From Candidatus Heimdallarchaeota archaeon (lineage in GTDB: Archaea > Asgardarchaeota > Heimdallarchaeia > JABLTI01), in NCBI GenBank assembly GCA_019058275.1, contig JAHLVW010000009.1:1-40099 (forward strand): a stretch of DNA of 40,099 nucleotides, written 5' to 3'. The position numbers and the translations under genes were made by a program. Under the pieces are notes generated by a model. The model had not been told where the DNA came from, made no database searches, and saw only the letters and a program-made list of their open reading frames with translations. Shown piece after piece: positions 1-9,424 of this stretch; the stretch's first letter is position 1; every line of letters begins with the position of its first letter.

Positions 1-759
1 TTCATGATCATCAAGAACATTCCAGTGCTCTAAATATGAACCAAGTGGACCTGCTGCACTACCTGTTGCAGGATCTTCTAACACTCCTGCAGAAGGAGCA
101 AACATTCTTACATGAACATCAGAATCTTCATGAGTAGTTTCTTTTGTAAAAACTAGTAACTCAGAGGTTATAAATTTGGATAGTATGTCGATTTGTTTTT
201 GAGCATTCAGATTAATGCTTTTAATAACATCCATTGAGTTCAAAGGTACGATTAGAAAAGGAAATCCTGTTGAAACAGCTTGGATAGGATATTCATCTGA
301 AATATCACTTTCCTCAATATATAATATTTCAGCTATAGCTTGACCATCTGAGTATTCATCCAAAAAACTAGGTCTAGGTTGAAACATACTGATAGTTTCT
401 TTATCAATAAATTCTACTTCTATTGGTCCTATGCCTAATTCCAAAAATGTTTTAGTTGTTTTTACCGGAACTAGATTCTGTTCTTTAAGGACATAAGTAG
501 TTCCTAAAGTTGGATGACCAGCAAATGCTAATTCTTTCCCAGGTGTGAATATTCGAACTTTTACCGAGCACTTATCAATTTTTGAGCTAAAAATATAGGT
601 TGTTTCTGAGAAATTCATTTCTAATGCAATACCTTGCATTTCCTCATTACTAAGTTGTTTATTAGCTTCTTCATTCCAAAAAATAGCTAATTGGTTGCCA
701 GAAAATTGATAGCGATCATCAACAAAAACACTTGTCTGGATGAAAGGAAGTTTTTTCAT
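1..759 (-). CDS. PhzF-family (phenazine biosynthesis-like / DAP-epimerase fold) isomerase, 3' end runs off the window
   Basis: Not in the ORF track. Manual translation from ATG at 759: MKKLPFIQTSVFVDDRYQFSGNQLA...MNFSETT...VRIFTPGKELAFAGHPTLG...EDPATGSAAGPLG, which are hallmark PhzF motifs. Confidence 0.92.
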   Translation of the reverse strand, partial: MKKLPFIQTSVFVDDRYQFSGNQLAIFWNEEANKQLSNEEMQGIALEMNFSETTYIFSSKIDKCSVKVRIFTPGKELAFAGHPTLGTTYVLKEQNLVPVKTTKTFLELGIGPIEVEFIDKETISMFQPRPSFLDEYSDGQAIAEILYIEESDISDEYPIQAVSTGFPFLIVPLNSMDVIKSINLNAQKQIDILSKFITSELLVFTKETTHEDSDVHVRMFAPSAGVLEDPATGSAAGPLGSYLEHWNVLDDHE

Positions 760-846
760 AGTCGCACATAATTATTGAAAAATATAAGAATAGTGCTTTA
801 TCTGTGCTGAAAGATAACTAAAATGAAATGATTTGAAAAATTAAAT

Positions 847-2322
847 CTACTTTGTTTTACTTTCAACCTTAGCAAGTGATTCAAGTATAGTTGTCTCTAA
901 ATCCTCTCTGATTTTCTTCTTACAATATGGGCAAGTAGAAGTTTTTTCTAACCAACCTCTAAAGTGGTGCACATGAGCAAAACTGGAACAATGAGGGCAA
1001 ATACTTACCTTTGTTCCTTTACCTAAACTATTCAAACAGACAATACAGTAAGGTAATTCCTCTCCACATTTTTTGCATTTTCTTTGTATTGAGGAATTTG
1101 TTGCTTGGCAGTAGGGGCAAATTACTTTCTTACCCTTTCCTTTTCTTTTTGCTAATAGCTGTTCTGTGGCAAATAATTGTGATAAATGGTCACTTTTGAT
1201 TTCTTCAAATTCCTTTTCTGTTAGACTATCCTTATTTTGTTCCAAAATTCTTAATGTTGCATTTAGAACTTCGATCTTTATTTCCAATTCCTTATCTGTT
1301 AGCAGTTCAAACATTCTTCTTTCATGCAGAACTTCATGGTCAAAATATTTCTTCGAGATATAGTAGTTCCCTGCGCGAGTTCGTATTTCAATAATTTCTT
1401 CGTCTATTGCTGATATCGCTGTTAATGTTTGATCTCTTTTCATACCTGATGGTGACTTAATCTCTTTTATTTTTGTTTTTGGTATTGGTTCTTTTTCAAC
1501 TATCTTTCGTAATTTTTGTGTTTGTTTATCCAAGCTTTTGGCTAATGTTTTATCATCTTTGAGTTGCTTGATTTTATGAATAATAAGTTTCATATTGGAT
1601 ATTGATTTTTTTATTTCTGGAAATTTAATTTTAAAAAAATTCAATTCATTCTCATTAATTGTTTGATTTTCAATAATATATTCAAGTGCGTCAAGTACAT
1701 CAAATAAACTTGTAAGATATAATTCATTATCAGTTAAAGTTTCTAAATCTAAAGACTCAAGAATAAACGTGCCATGAGCAATTGAAAAAGCAACTCTTTT
1801 GATGTTTTCTTTCATAATTAAATTATCATTTTCTATTAACATTTCAGAGAGATAGCCTGTATATAACATTGCTATAAAATTATCAGCCGAACCATCTTGG
1901 TTTGCTATTTCAAAGGAATTTTCGACTAGATCATAAATATCTGGAAATTCTTCTTTACTCTGTTCCAATACATGTTTGATTTGGCTTTTTTGCCCTACTT
2001 TTTTAATAAATACTTTCCTATCTAGAATTTTTTTCATTAATCCGAAAATAGTCGGTAGAAGAAGGATTGAAGTTAACAATGCTAAACCTACATAATACAG
2101 AGCATCATGATATCCTGCAAGAATTAGAAATATCATTGATGAACTAAATAAAATCAAAGCACCATAAATGAGGAATTTCTCGGATTTTCTTTTAAAAACT
2201 TCTAATTCTTTTTTTGAGATGATAGAATAAATCCTTTCATCAATTGTTTTATCACTTATTGCTAGTTTTGTTATATTGCGAGCTATTATATCACTCGAAA
2301 TTAATTTTTGTTTTGTCATCAA
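847..2322 (-). CDS. Membrane protein (2 N-terminal TM helices) with C-terminal zinc ribbon + RING-variant finger; putative E3 ligase-like
   Basis: Hydrophobic segments at about aa 50-95; CPYC-x10-CKKC, then CIVC-x12-CPHC-x4-HVHH-x10-CPYC with the RING-typical Trp (FRGWL). Confidence 0.8.
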   Translation of the reverse strand: MMTKQKLISSDIIARNITKLAISDKTIDERIYSIISKKELEVFKRKSEKFLIYGALILFSSSMIFLILAGYHDALYYVGLALLTSILLLPTIFGLMKKILDRKVFIKKVGQKSQIKHVLEQSKEEFPDIYDLVENSFEIANQDGSADNFIAMLYTGYLSEMLIENDNLIMKENIKRVAFSIAHGTFILESLDLETLTDNELYLTSLFDVLDALEYIIENQTINENELNFFKIKFPEIKKSISNMKLIIHKIKQLKDDKTLAKSLDKQTQKLRKIVEKEPIPKTKIKEIKSPSGMKRDQTLTAISAIDEEIIEIRTRAGNYYISKKYFDHEVLHERRMFELLTDKELEIKIEVLNATLRILEQNKDSLTEKEFEEIKSDHLSQLFATEQLLAKRKGKGKKVICPYCQATNSSIQRKCKKCGEELPYCIVCLNSLGKGTKVSICPHCSSFAHVHHFRGWLEKTSTCPYCKKKIREDLETTILESLAKVESKTK

Positions 2323-3026
2323 ACTCTCTCCTCTTCTACAATTAATTCATCCTCAATCATGCGTTTTCTACAATTAGGACAATTACCCATGCACTTTAAC
2401 CACTCTATCATATGAGTAGCATGTGCTAAAACATTACAGTTAGGACATCTTACAGTCTGTTCATAACCATAGATGTTTCTTCTGCAAACAGGGCAAACAG
2501 GATGACTCTTTCCACAATGAGAGCAATTATCCTTTTCTACAATCAGATCATTATCACAATGATAACATCTTTTCCTTCTCTTTGCTCTATTTTCTAAAAT
2601 TTGATTAATGATTGATATTTCTTCATTTTTTGCTTGAAATTTCTTAAAATAATCCGAGCCATTAATTTCCTTCTCGCTAAATAATTCTTTAATTTTCATT
2701 ATTTGTTCGAGTATCTTCTCTTTTCTAGTTGCCAATTCTAAATCGGATAATTCTTCGTACCAGATATAAGGAGGAGTTTCATCTGATTCCAAGAAATCCC
2801 TCTTTCGCTTGAAATATTTATCAGGTAAAAAGTAGAATTTACCTCTATTGGTTTTTAAAGAATAAACTAAATTGTCTTCCTCTAATTCAGCTAATATTGT
2901 TTTTACTTTTTTATAGTTCAATCTGTAAACATCACTTATTGCATGAGCCGATAGTGGTTCATTTGTTATTCTGAGTATTTTTATAACCCTAGAAGTCAAT
3001 GATTGATTCTCAGCCACTTCAGACAT
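2319..3026 (-). CDS. Winged-HTH + zinc ribbon + RING-variant finger protein
   Basis: N-terminal wHTH pattern (ILRITNEPLSAHAIS...KVKTILAELEEDNLV); CYHC-x10-CSHC, then CPVC-x12-CPNC-x4-HATH-x10-CPNC with MIEWL; 4-bp ATGA overlap with the downstream RING gene; AGGAG just upstream of the start. Confidence 0.82.
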   Translation of the reverse strand: MSEVAENQSLTSRVIKILRITNEPLSAHAISDVYRLNYKKVKTILAELEEDNLVYSLKTNRGKFYFLPDKYFKRKRDFLESDETPPYIWYEELSDLELATRKEKILEQIMKIKELFSEKEINGSDYFKKFQAKNEEISIINQILENRAKRRKRCYHCDNDLIVEKDNCSHCGKSHPVCPVCRRNIYGYEQTVRCPNCNVLAHATHMIEWLKCMGNCPNCRKRMIEDELIVEEERV

Positions 3027-3231
3027 ACTCCTTTTCCTACCCTTATTTCATATTTCTCACTATTTAGTATTCTCATTTTGTTAAATTCTTAATTAAAAAT
3101 TACTATTATTGTAAGAAATGTTTTTTAAGTAAGTTAAATGATATTTTTTTATATGAGGGAGTATTATTAGTGATAACGAAATTAAGTATAAAAAAATCAA
3201 GATTACTGGTTCTGTTATTATTAGCTTAGTT

Positions 3232-3633
3232 TTGGGAGCAATTTCTGGGGTTATTTGGTTTATCATTATTATCGATTTTCCACTAATTACTTATTTCGAC
3301 TGGTTTGCTGCCGATTTGATTTTCGTTCCATCTGCTATTTTAGCTGGTGTTTTTACTGCGTTAGTTTTCAGACACAGATTTAGTAATATGTTGTGTATTA
3401 TTTATGGTGCTATTGTTTTTACTTTTGAAATTGTATGGGTATTTGGATTAGCAGCTTCTTGGGCAGATCATATAGATTTTATGATTATACCAGTAGCAAT
3501 AATAAGTGGGGGTATGACAATTCTTGGATCCTGGTTAACTCTCAAGCTTTTTGAAAAGTATAAAAAATCAAAAGAAGCTCAATCAACTAGCGAATCTATA
3601 GCTGTAAAAGAAGAACCAGATGTTGAAATTTAA
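3232..3633 (+). CDS. Hypothetical membrane protein (about 4 TM); true start probably upstream, near 3166
   Basis: Hydrophobic ORF with a charged tail. The frame is open back to 3157 (IISDNEIKYKKIKITGSVIISLVLG), just after GAGGGAG. Confidence 0.7.
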   Translation: MGAISGVIWFIIIIDFPLITYFDWFAADLIFVPSAILAGVFTALVFRHRFSNMLCIIYGAIVFTFEIVWVFGLAASWADHIDFMIIPVAIISGGMTILGSWLTLKLFEKYKKSKEAQSTSESIAVKEEPDVEI

Positions 3634-3824
3634 CTCTAACTAAATTTGATATATTTGTTTGATATTTATATACTGCAGTACTTTTTGCTTTTCCAAAACA
3701 ACGCTCATAATTAATTGCCAAATTATTTTTGATTTAGATTTCATTTAGAGCTGTTTAAATAATCATCAATCCTATTTATCATTTAGCAAAGACATTTGAT
3801 ATTATAATCAAGAGGAACAAAAAA

Positions 3825-4553
3825 TTGCCTTATTGTCCATCATGTGGGGCTCCTATAGATGGGAAACATAAATTCTGTATGAAATGTGGATCACCAATAG
3901 ATTATGAGCCAGAGAAATTTAGATATGTAGAATTAGCAGAACAAATATCATTAGAACAAAGATTACCTACATTAACCACAAGGCAATATTGGGTATGGTT
4001 GATATTATCTTGGGTAACAGGTATTTTCTCATTTGTTTATCTGTTTTTCAATTTTCAAGATTTAACTGATTTGTACAAATATCCGAAATCAAAAGAAACT
4101 CCTTCAATGCGCATTAATTTTGAGGATTTTATCATTCCTGTAGTAATCGTTTTTGTATTAACAATTGCCTTTGGTTTATTTCCAATTGTATTAATATTCG
4201 TAGATATTTACTTTAAACACCAAAAATACCAAAATTTGTACACTTATATTCAATTTAATCACTCAAAACAACAAAAAACTATACCTCTCTCAGAAAGCAA
4301 ATATCTAAGATTGGCGCTCTCCAGTTTATTCTGTTATTTAATAAGTGCAGGAATACCATTTGCACTCTTTAGTCCTATTATACTCAACACTCCCTATCTA
4401 TTAGCAATTATTATAGCAAGTAGTGCAATAATATTCATCTGTGGTCTTGGAATCTCAATATATCTAATAGTTGCTGAATATAATTGGCAAGAAGCACTAA
4501 ATGAGCGAATACTAATAGTTAATCCAAATGCAGAACAAAAAGTGCTCTTCTAA
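3825..4553 (+). CDS. Zinc-ribbon + DUF4234-like membrane protein
   Basis: N-terminal CPSCG...FCMKCG zinc ribbon; YWVWLILSWVTGIFSFVY motif followed by several TM helices; TTG start after AGAGG. Confidence 0.75.
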   Translation: MPYCPSCGAPIDGKHKFCMKCGSPIDYEPEKFRYVELAEQISLEQRLPTLTTRQYWVWLILSWVTGIFSFVYLFFNFQDLTDLYKYPKSKETPSMRINFEDFIIPVVIVFVLTIAFGLFPIVLIFVDIYFKHQKYQNLYTYIQFNHSKQQKTIPLSESKYLRLALSSLFCYLISAGIPFALFSPIILNTPYLLAIIIASSAIIFICGLGISIYLIVAEYNWQEALNERILIVNPNAEQKVLF

Positions 4554-4661
4554 CACTTCTTTTTTTCCTTTCAGTAAAAATTAGTATTCTTTTTATAAAC
4601 GACAAAATTAATCAAAATGATTCTTTAAAGGACTGTTTATAAAAGCAGGAGATAGCTTATA

Positions 4662-5100
4662 TTGGACAAGGAAAAAAAGATTACTATTATAAGTGTGATT
4701 ATGGTTAGTGTTATTACGGTGGGAGTTATCGTTGCATTTTCAATTCCGCTAGGAATTTTTCTTCCTCTTGGAGAATTTCTTTTTCCTGGTGATGGTTTAT
4801 GGAATATTGATGAGGAAATTGCTCAAGAGGAAACAATTTCAGCACCAAATTTATCCTATGATGTAATAGTTTAGAGATAAATTAGGTATCCCGCATATCT
4901 ATAGATATAGCAAGGAAGATTTAGGTTTTGCATTAGGGTAATATTCATACACAAGATTGTTTATTACAACTGGATCTAGCTAGACGAGCTACTAGAGGTG
5001 GTTTATCAGAAATTCTTGGTCCTGGTTTGATTGATTGGACAAATTTGGTTTAACTAAACTAATGGATTACTGGACTCTTGAAACAGTTAAATATTATCAA
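4662..5100 (+). pseudogene. Penicillin acylase (Ntn-hydrolase) family N-terminal remnant, frameshifted and truncated
   Basis: After the 70-aa ORF (TM anchor + DVIV), shifted frames read RDKLGIPHIY...EDLGFALG / IHTQDCLLQLDLARRATRGGLSEILGP, matching the RDxxGIPHI...GY.HAQDRLxQxDLxRR...LSEILG signature. About 3 frameshifts; the rest of the gene is absent. Confidence 0.85.
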
Positions 5101-5166
5101 AATAGAGGTAGTATAAACTGGACAATGTTGACAAAGTTATCTTTGTTTGTTATGCGATGCAAAAAA
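5101..5166 (+). repeat. Inverted copy of an internal fragment of the GT4 gene (partner 8580-8646)
   Basis: Matches the reverse complement of 8580-8646 with 4 mismatches + 1 gap; 5131-5166 is a perfect 36-bp match to revcomp 8580-8615. Confidence 0.93.
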
Positions 5167-5188
5167 ATTCATGCTCTGACCGCTTGAA

Positions 5189-5211
5189 TTCGAATCTCTT
5201 GGACCGGACCA
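5189..5211 (+). other. tRNA 3'-end-like remnant (T-loop to CCA), possible att-site scar
   Basis: TTCGAAT-CTCTT-GGACCGG-A-CCA has exact tRNA spacing (T-loop 7, T-stem 5, acceptor 7, discriminator, CCA) and is followed by a T-run; no 5' half is present. Confidence 0.5.
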
Positions 5212-5273
5212 ATTTTTTATCAAATAAAAACAAATATAAATAATACACAATATTGTCAAAAAAGGTTTGAAAA

Positions 5274-5822
5274 ATGCCAGAAAAAAAGGATAAACTCCTC
5301 AAAAAAATAAACTGGTTCAAATACTTCCTGATGAAGTGGCGTTATAGAATTGATCAATCACGTGCGTTATTTGCGCTTGTAACATTTGCAGCATTATTAG
5401 CTGTTTCATATATAGAATATATTACATTTTTTGATAAAATGGGCTTTTGGGGCGTGATATTATTTTCACTGATAATCTTTGTAATATTTCTTATCTTAGG
5501 ATATCTATACGATGTTGTTATGAAAATGTGGAAAGCAACAATTAAAGTAAATGTTGAACGAAATCCTTATACTTATGTACCACATCCAAAAGAAAAGATA
5601 TTGCGTATGGGGTTAGACATTTTTCTTTATCATAGTTTGATTCAGATGTCAGAAAAACTTGGTTTAAAATTAACCGGAGAAGAAAAAATCCCTGAACTAA
5701 TAAATAAATACTATAGTTTATCAATCGCGAATCCTAATTTTGAAAAAGATGCTAAAGAAGTTGAGAAAATTTCAGAAACAATTCGTAAAATTTTCTATGA
5801 GGCAGAAAACAAAAAAGAATGA
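5274..5822 (+). CDS. Hypothetical membrane protein (2 TM + soluble C-terminus)
   Basis: 182-aa ORF with two hydrophobic helices at about aa 32-80; directly upstream of the TagF-like gene on the same strand. Confidence 0.75.
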   Translation: MPEKKDKLLKKINWFKYFLMKWRYRIDQSRALFALVTFAALLAVSYIEYITFFDKMGFWGVILFSLIIFVIFLILGYLYDVVMKMWKATIKVNVERNPYTYVPHPKEKILRMGLDIFLYHSLIQMSEKLGLKLTGEEKIPELINKYYSLSIANPNFEKDAKEVEKISETIRKIFYEAENKKE

Positions 5823-5849
5823 GATAATAAATAGGATGAGTTACATATA

Positions 5850-7040
5850 ATGTTTAAAAATCTCATTAAGAGAATTCTCAAAAAACTAATAACTATTCTA
5901 CTCTATATTTTTGATCTTATAATTCCTAAAAAAAATAATTGTTTGTTGTTTGGCTCAAGAGCTGGACAGCAATATGGTGACAATTCTAGATTTCTATTCG
6001 AATGGATAAGAGAGAATAGACCAGATTTAGATGTTTATTATCTTACTTACGATAAAAAAATACTTGTATCCGAGGACAAAGATGAAAGAATAATCCCATA
6101 CCATTCAATGAATGCATTAAAAAAACTTTTGCGTGCAAAGAAAATTTTCATAACACATGGTATTGGGGATATGCCATACCAATCTCTCTGTAAAAGAGCA
6201 CACGAGATATATTATCTAGGACATGGTATCAGTTTCAAAAGAACCGATCTCGCAACAAAAGGAGGGATACCAAAGAAGACAATGAAACTAAAAAAACATT
6301 CTAGAAGGTTATATGCATTTATTTCATCAGGAATAGAACGATTGGCATTACATACTTATTTTGGAATTCCTTATAATCAAATCAAAATTACTGGTACACC
6401 ACGGAATGAGTTATTATGGAAAAACATCCAAAATAAAAACAATGATTACCCGAAACTTCATAATATTTTTTCTTTTCAGAATAAAATACAAAAAACAATA
6501 CTTTATGCACCGACCTATCTGCCCGAAGAGGAGAATGCTTTTTTTTCGTTCGATGATTTTAATCTAGAAAAATTAAAACAATTCCTTGAAAAAAATAATC
6601 TATTCTTATTTTTAAGAATGCACAGAAACGACTTACAAAGATATAGAAAAACAAATGGCGATTTACTATATGATAGAATTAAATTACTAGATTTTGATTT
6701 AATCCCAGATATAAATAGCATTTTACATGAATTTGATATACTGATAACGGATTTCTCATCTATATTCTTTGATTATTTTCTAGTGGATAGACCAATTATT
6801 TATATTACTTCTAAATTAGAGGAATATATGGAAAAAATTGGTTTTTATTTCGATTATGACAATGTCACTCCAGGACCAAAGGCAAAGACCTTTTTGGAGT
6901 TTATTGAAGCTTTAAGAGAATGCATTGTTGAACCAGATAAATGGAAAAAAGAACGAAATCTTCTAACAAATCTTTTTCACGAGTACTCGAAGGGAGATTC
7001 ATGTCAAAAGATAATGGAATATTGTTTAAAAAAAAGATAA
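5850..7040 (+). CDS. CDP-glycerol/polyol glycerophosphotransferase family protein (TagB/TagF-like)
   Basis: Motifs YGDNSRFLF, LGHGISFKR, ITGTPRNE, ILYAPTY, LRMH, DILITDFSSIFFDYFLVDRPII. Confidence 0.92.
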   Translation: MFKNLIKRILKKLITILLYIFDLIIPKKNNCLLFGSRAGQQYGDNSRFLFEWIRENRPDLDVYYLTYDKKILVSEDKDERIIPYHSMNALKKLLRAKKIFITHGIGDMPYQSLCKRAHEIYYLGHGISFKRTDLATKGGIPKKTMKLKKHSRRLYAFISSGIERLALHTYFGIPYNQIKITGTPRNELLWKNIQNKNNDYPKLHNIFSFQNKIQKTILYAPTYLPEEENAFFSFDDFNLEKLKQFLEKNNLFLFLRMHRNDLQRYRKTNGDLLYDRIKLLDFDLIPDINSILHEFDILITDFSSIFFDYFLVDRPIIYITSKLEEYMEKIGFYFDYDNVTPGPKAKTFLEFIEALRECIVEPDKWKKERNLLTNLFHEYSKGDSCQKIMEYCLKKR

Positions 7041-7169
7041 TTAATGATCACTTAAATCATATTTAGCAAAGAGTTGAGAATATTTTTTCTGGATTGTCTC
7101 AGAAAAAATTTTCATTTGTTCGGTTGTCAAAGAAATAGTGTATTTTCGTTTATTTGTTTTTTCATCAAA

Positions 7170-7934
7170 TCACATGTTATGTTTTTTAACAAATTCTTCC
7201 GCTCGAAATAGATCGTTTTTATAATTAATATTGAACCAAGGAATGTCTTCGAAGTCAGCAAAGGTTATTGTATATTTTTTTTCTATCCCCAATTTTACAA
7301 CATCCGTCCACCCAAAACGAAATTGTCTTTGTTCAAGCTCTTGAACAACTCTAAGTATAGTACTCTTAACTAGAAAGATTCCTGTATCAATTCTATTAAA
7401 TTCATTAATGTTCTTCCCAATTGTAATCACTTTATTCTTTTTTCCCAATATTTTTGTTGTGCTACCATTTACAATTTTATCATCATTGATGAACGGATCT
7501 GTTCCTATAACAATATCTGAATTATCATCTTTAGATAACAATTTACTAATAAATTTTTGAGAGTATAGATGATCTCCCATTGACAAAACGATTTTTTCCC
7601 CAATATTTAATACTGTTATTTGATTTAATCCAAGAAAACTACTATATCCATTTTCGCGTTCCAAATTATTGTTTATAAGATAGAAAAAATCTATTTTTTC
7701 ATGACTTTTTAAATATTCTTTTTTAATTTGTTCTAGATGATTTAAAAGAAGAGGTTCTTTATACCCTAATACAAAAACGATTTTAGTTATATCATTCTTG
7801 ATGAAATTATCAACAATATAATTGATTATTGATTTTTTATTGACTGCTATCATCGGTTTAGGCAGTTTGTATCCCGTTTGTTGAAGTCGATTTCCATATC
7901 CTGCGCAAAGAATTAAGCCACAAAAATTAGTCAT
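7170..7934 (-). CDS. NTP-transferase (LicC/IPCT-like sugar/polyol-phosphate cytidylyltransferase)
   Basis: ILCAGYGNRL...LPKPM, ERENGYS, LSMGDH, IDTGIF, WFNIN motifs. Confidence 0.85.
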   Translation of the reverse strand: MTNFCGLILCAGYGNRLQQTGYKLPKPMIAVNKKSIINYIVDNFIKNDITKIVFVLGYKEPLLLNHLEQIKKEYLKSHEKIDFFYLINNNLERENGYSSFLGLNQITVLNIGEKIVLSMGDHLYSQKFISKLLSKDDNSDIVIGTDPFINDDKIVNGSTTKILGKKNKVITIGKNINEFNRIDTGIFLVKSTILRVVQELEQRQFRFGWTDVVKLGIEKKYTITFADFEDIPWFNINYKNDLFRAEEFVKKHNM

Positions 7935-7953
7935 GTTACTCCACCAACTTGTG

Positions 7954-8946
7954 TTAGGTTTCTAATATAACTTTCTTGAGTTTCTCATAAATCTTGTTAG
8001 AATCATGTTCATCAACAATTCGTCTTTTTATCTTTTCAATCTTCTCATACTTTTCTTCCTTTGACATCCTCGATATTTCTATTACCTTATTTACAAAGTC
8101 TTCCTGTGAAGAAAAAATATTTTCTTGAGGGAGAAACTCTTCAACCCCATCCCAAAAGTGAGACAATGGGTAACACCCACATAATGCCCCCTCATGAAGC
8201 ATATAGTGGAAGCTTTCATGTACACTATTCCCTACAATAACATCCATGGAATTTAACCATTTATTTTTGTCTTCTACATAACCATAAATTATCACTTTAT
8301 CATCAAGTTCTAGTTTTTCTACAAGCTCTTGAATCATTTTGGTTTGATATTCTGTACCCTTACCACCAATGTGTAAGGTATACCCTCTATCTTTCTCTAA
8401 TAATTTCTTGAAAGCAAAAACCAGATCATAGATTCTTTTTCTCTCTAACATATTTCCTAGTATTGCAATTCTGCCATCAAAAGTTGTTTTCTCCTTTATA
8501 TCTTTAAACTCCTCAAGATTGATAGCATTATAGACAACTGTGCTTTTTTCCTTAAATTCAGGGTAATCCTCGATAAATCTTTTTTGCATCGCATAACAAA
8601 CAAAGATAACTTTGTTAACATTTTGCCAGTTTATTCTGCCTCTATTCTCAAAATAGTCACCCCGATGACACCTAGCAATAACCTTTCCTTTACGCCTTCT
8701 TTTTGTTACGTGATGTAGAATATCACCAACCCACTCAACGAAAATCACGTCCTTACGTAGATAAGATTGAATCTTAAAGGGAATATAAATCCTAAATGGG
8801 ATAGGAAGTTTCCTTGTTTTACTGTTAATTTCAACAGATGTAACTTTAAATGTAGTTCTAAACTTTTCTAATATATGTTGAAGGAAAAGACCATTGCCAA
8901 ATAGGAATGATATTTTCAGTTTCTTCAAAAAACGAAACCTCTTCAA
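7954..8946 (-). CDS. Glycosyltransferase family 4 (GT-B)
   Basis: TVVYNAIN, ILGNMLERKR, VIIYGYVED, NSVHESFHYMLHEGALCG (E-x7-E motif). Confidence 0.88.
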   Translation of the reverse strand: MKRFRFLKKLKISFLFGNGLFLQHILEKFRTTFKVTSVEINSKTRKLPIPFRIYIPFKIQSYLRKDVIFVEWVGDILHHVTKRRRKGKVIARCHRGDYFENRGRINWQNVNKVIFVCYAMQKRFIEDYPEFKEKSTVVYNAINLEEFKDIKEKTTFDGRIAILGNMLERKRIYDLVFAFKKLLEKDRGYTLHIGGKGTEYQTKMIQELVEKLELDDKVIIYGYVEDKNKWLNSMDVIVGNSVHESFHYMLHEGALCGCYPLSHFWDGVEEFLPQENIFSSQEDFVNKVIEISRMSKEEKYEKIEKIKRRIVDEHDSNKIYEKLKKVILET

Positions 8947-9120
8947 TAAAATCTGATGTATGATATATAACTATTACGGAAGGATAATTTACAAAGGAAA
9001 AAGTCGTCATTAATTTACCAGAACAGACCATTATTCCTCAAGGGATTGGTATGGGTTGCTATGTGAAAACACCTCTGGTCTGTTGTATAGTGTGCGATGT
9101 TTTGCGTAATACAAAAACCA

Positions 9121-9261
9121 CCACTCCTTTTAGCTCTTGGATTCGCATTTACTACTGTTTGGCAATTATCAATATTGGTTGGGATAATTAACGGACTCTT
9201 TTATAACAAAATGAAGAAAGGTGTTGTTGCAGGATTATTAAGCGTAGATTTTTACTACTGA
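9121..9261 (+). pseudogene. Degenerate membrane-protein fragment
   Basis: One frame reads PLLLALGFAFTTVWQLSILVGIINGLFYNKMKKGVVAGLLSVDFYY*, which is TM-like and lacks a convincing start or completion. Confidence 0.4.
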
Positions 9262-9424
9262 GTTCGTAAGATAACCTGATCCTACATCAGCAGATGTTTT
9301 AGTAAAAATCATCTGAAAGAAACTACCAAAAGAAAAAGTTAAAACAACAGTTCCATAAACATTTGATAATTTGGTAGAAACTTAAGAAAAGCACTAAAAT
9401 AGGATAAGTTACTGAGAGTTTATC

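Noticed and set aside
5171-5211. Complete tRNA gene
   Set aside because: No 5' acceptor strand, D-arm, anticodon arm or pairing T-stem upstream; kept only as a remnant.
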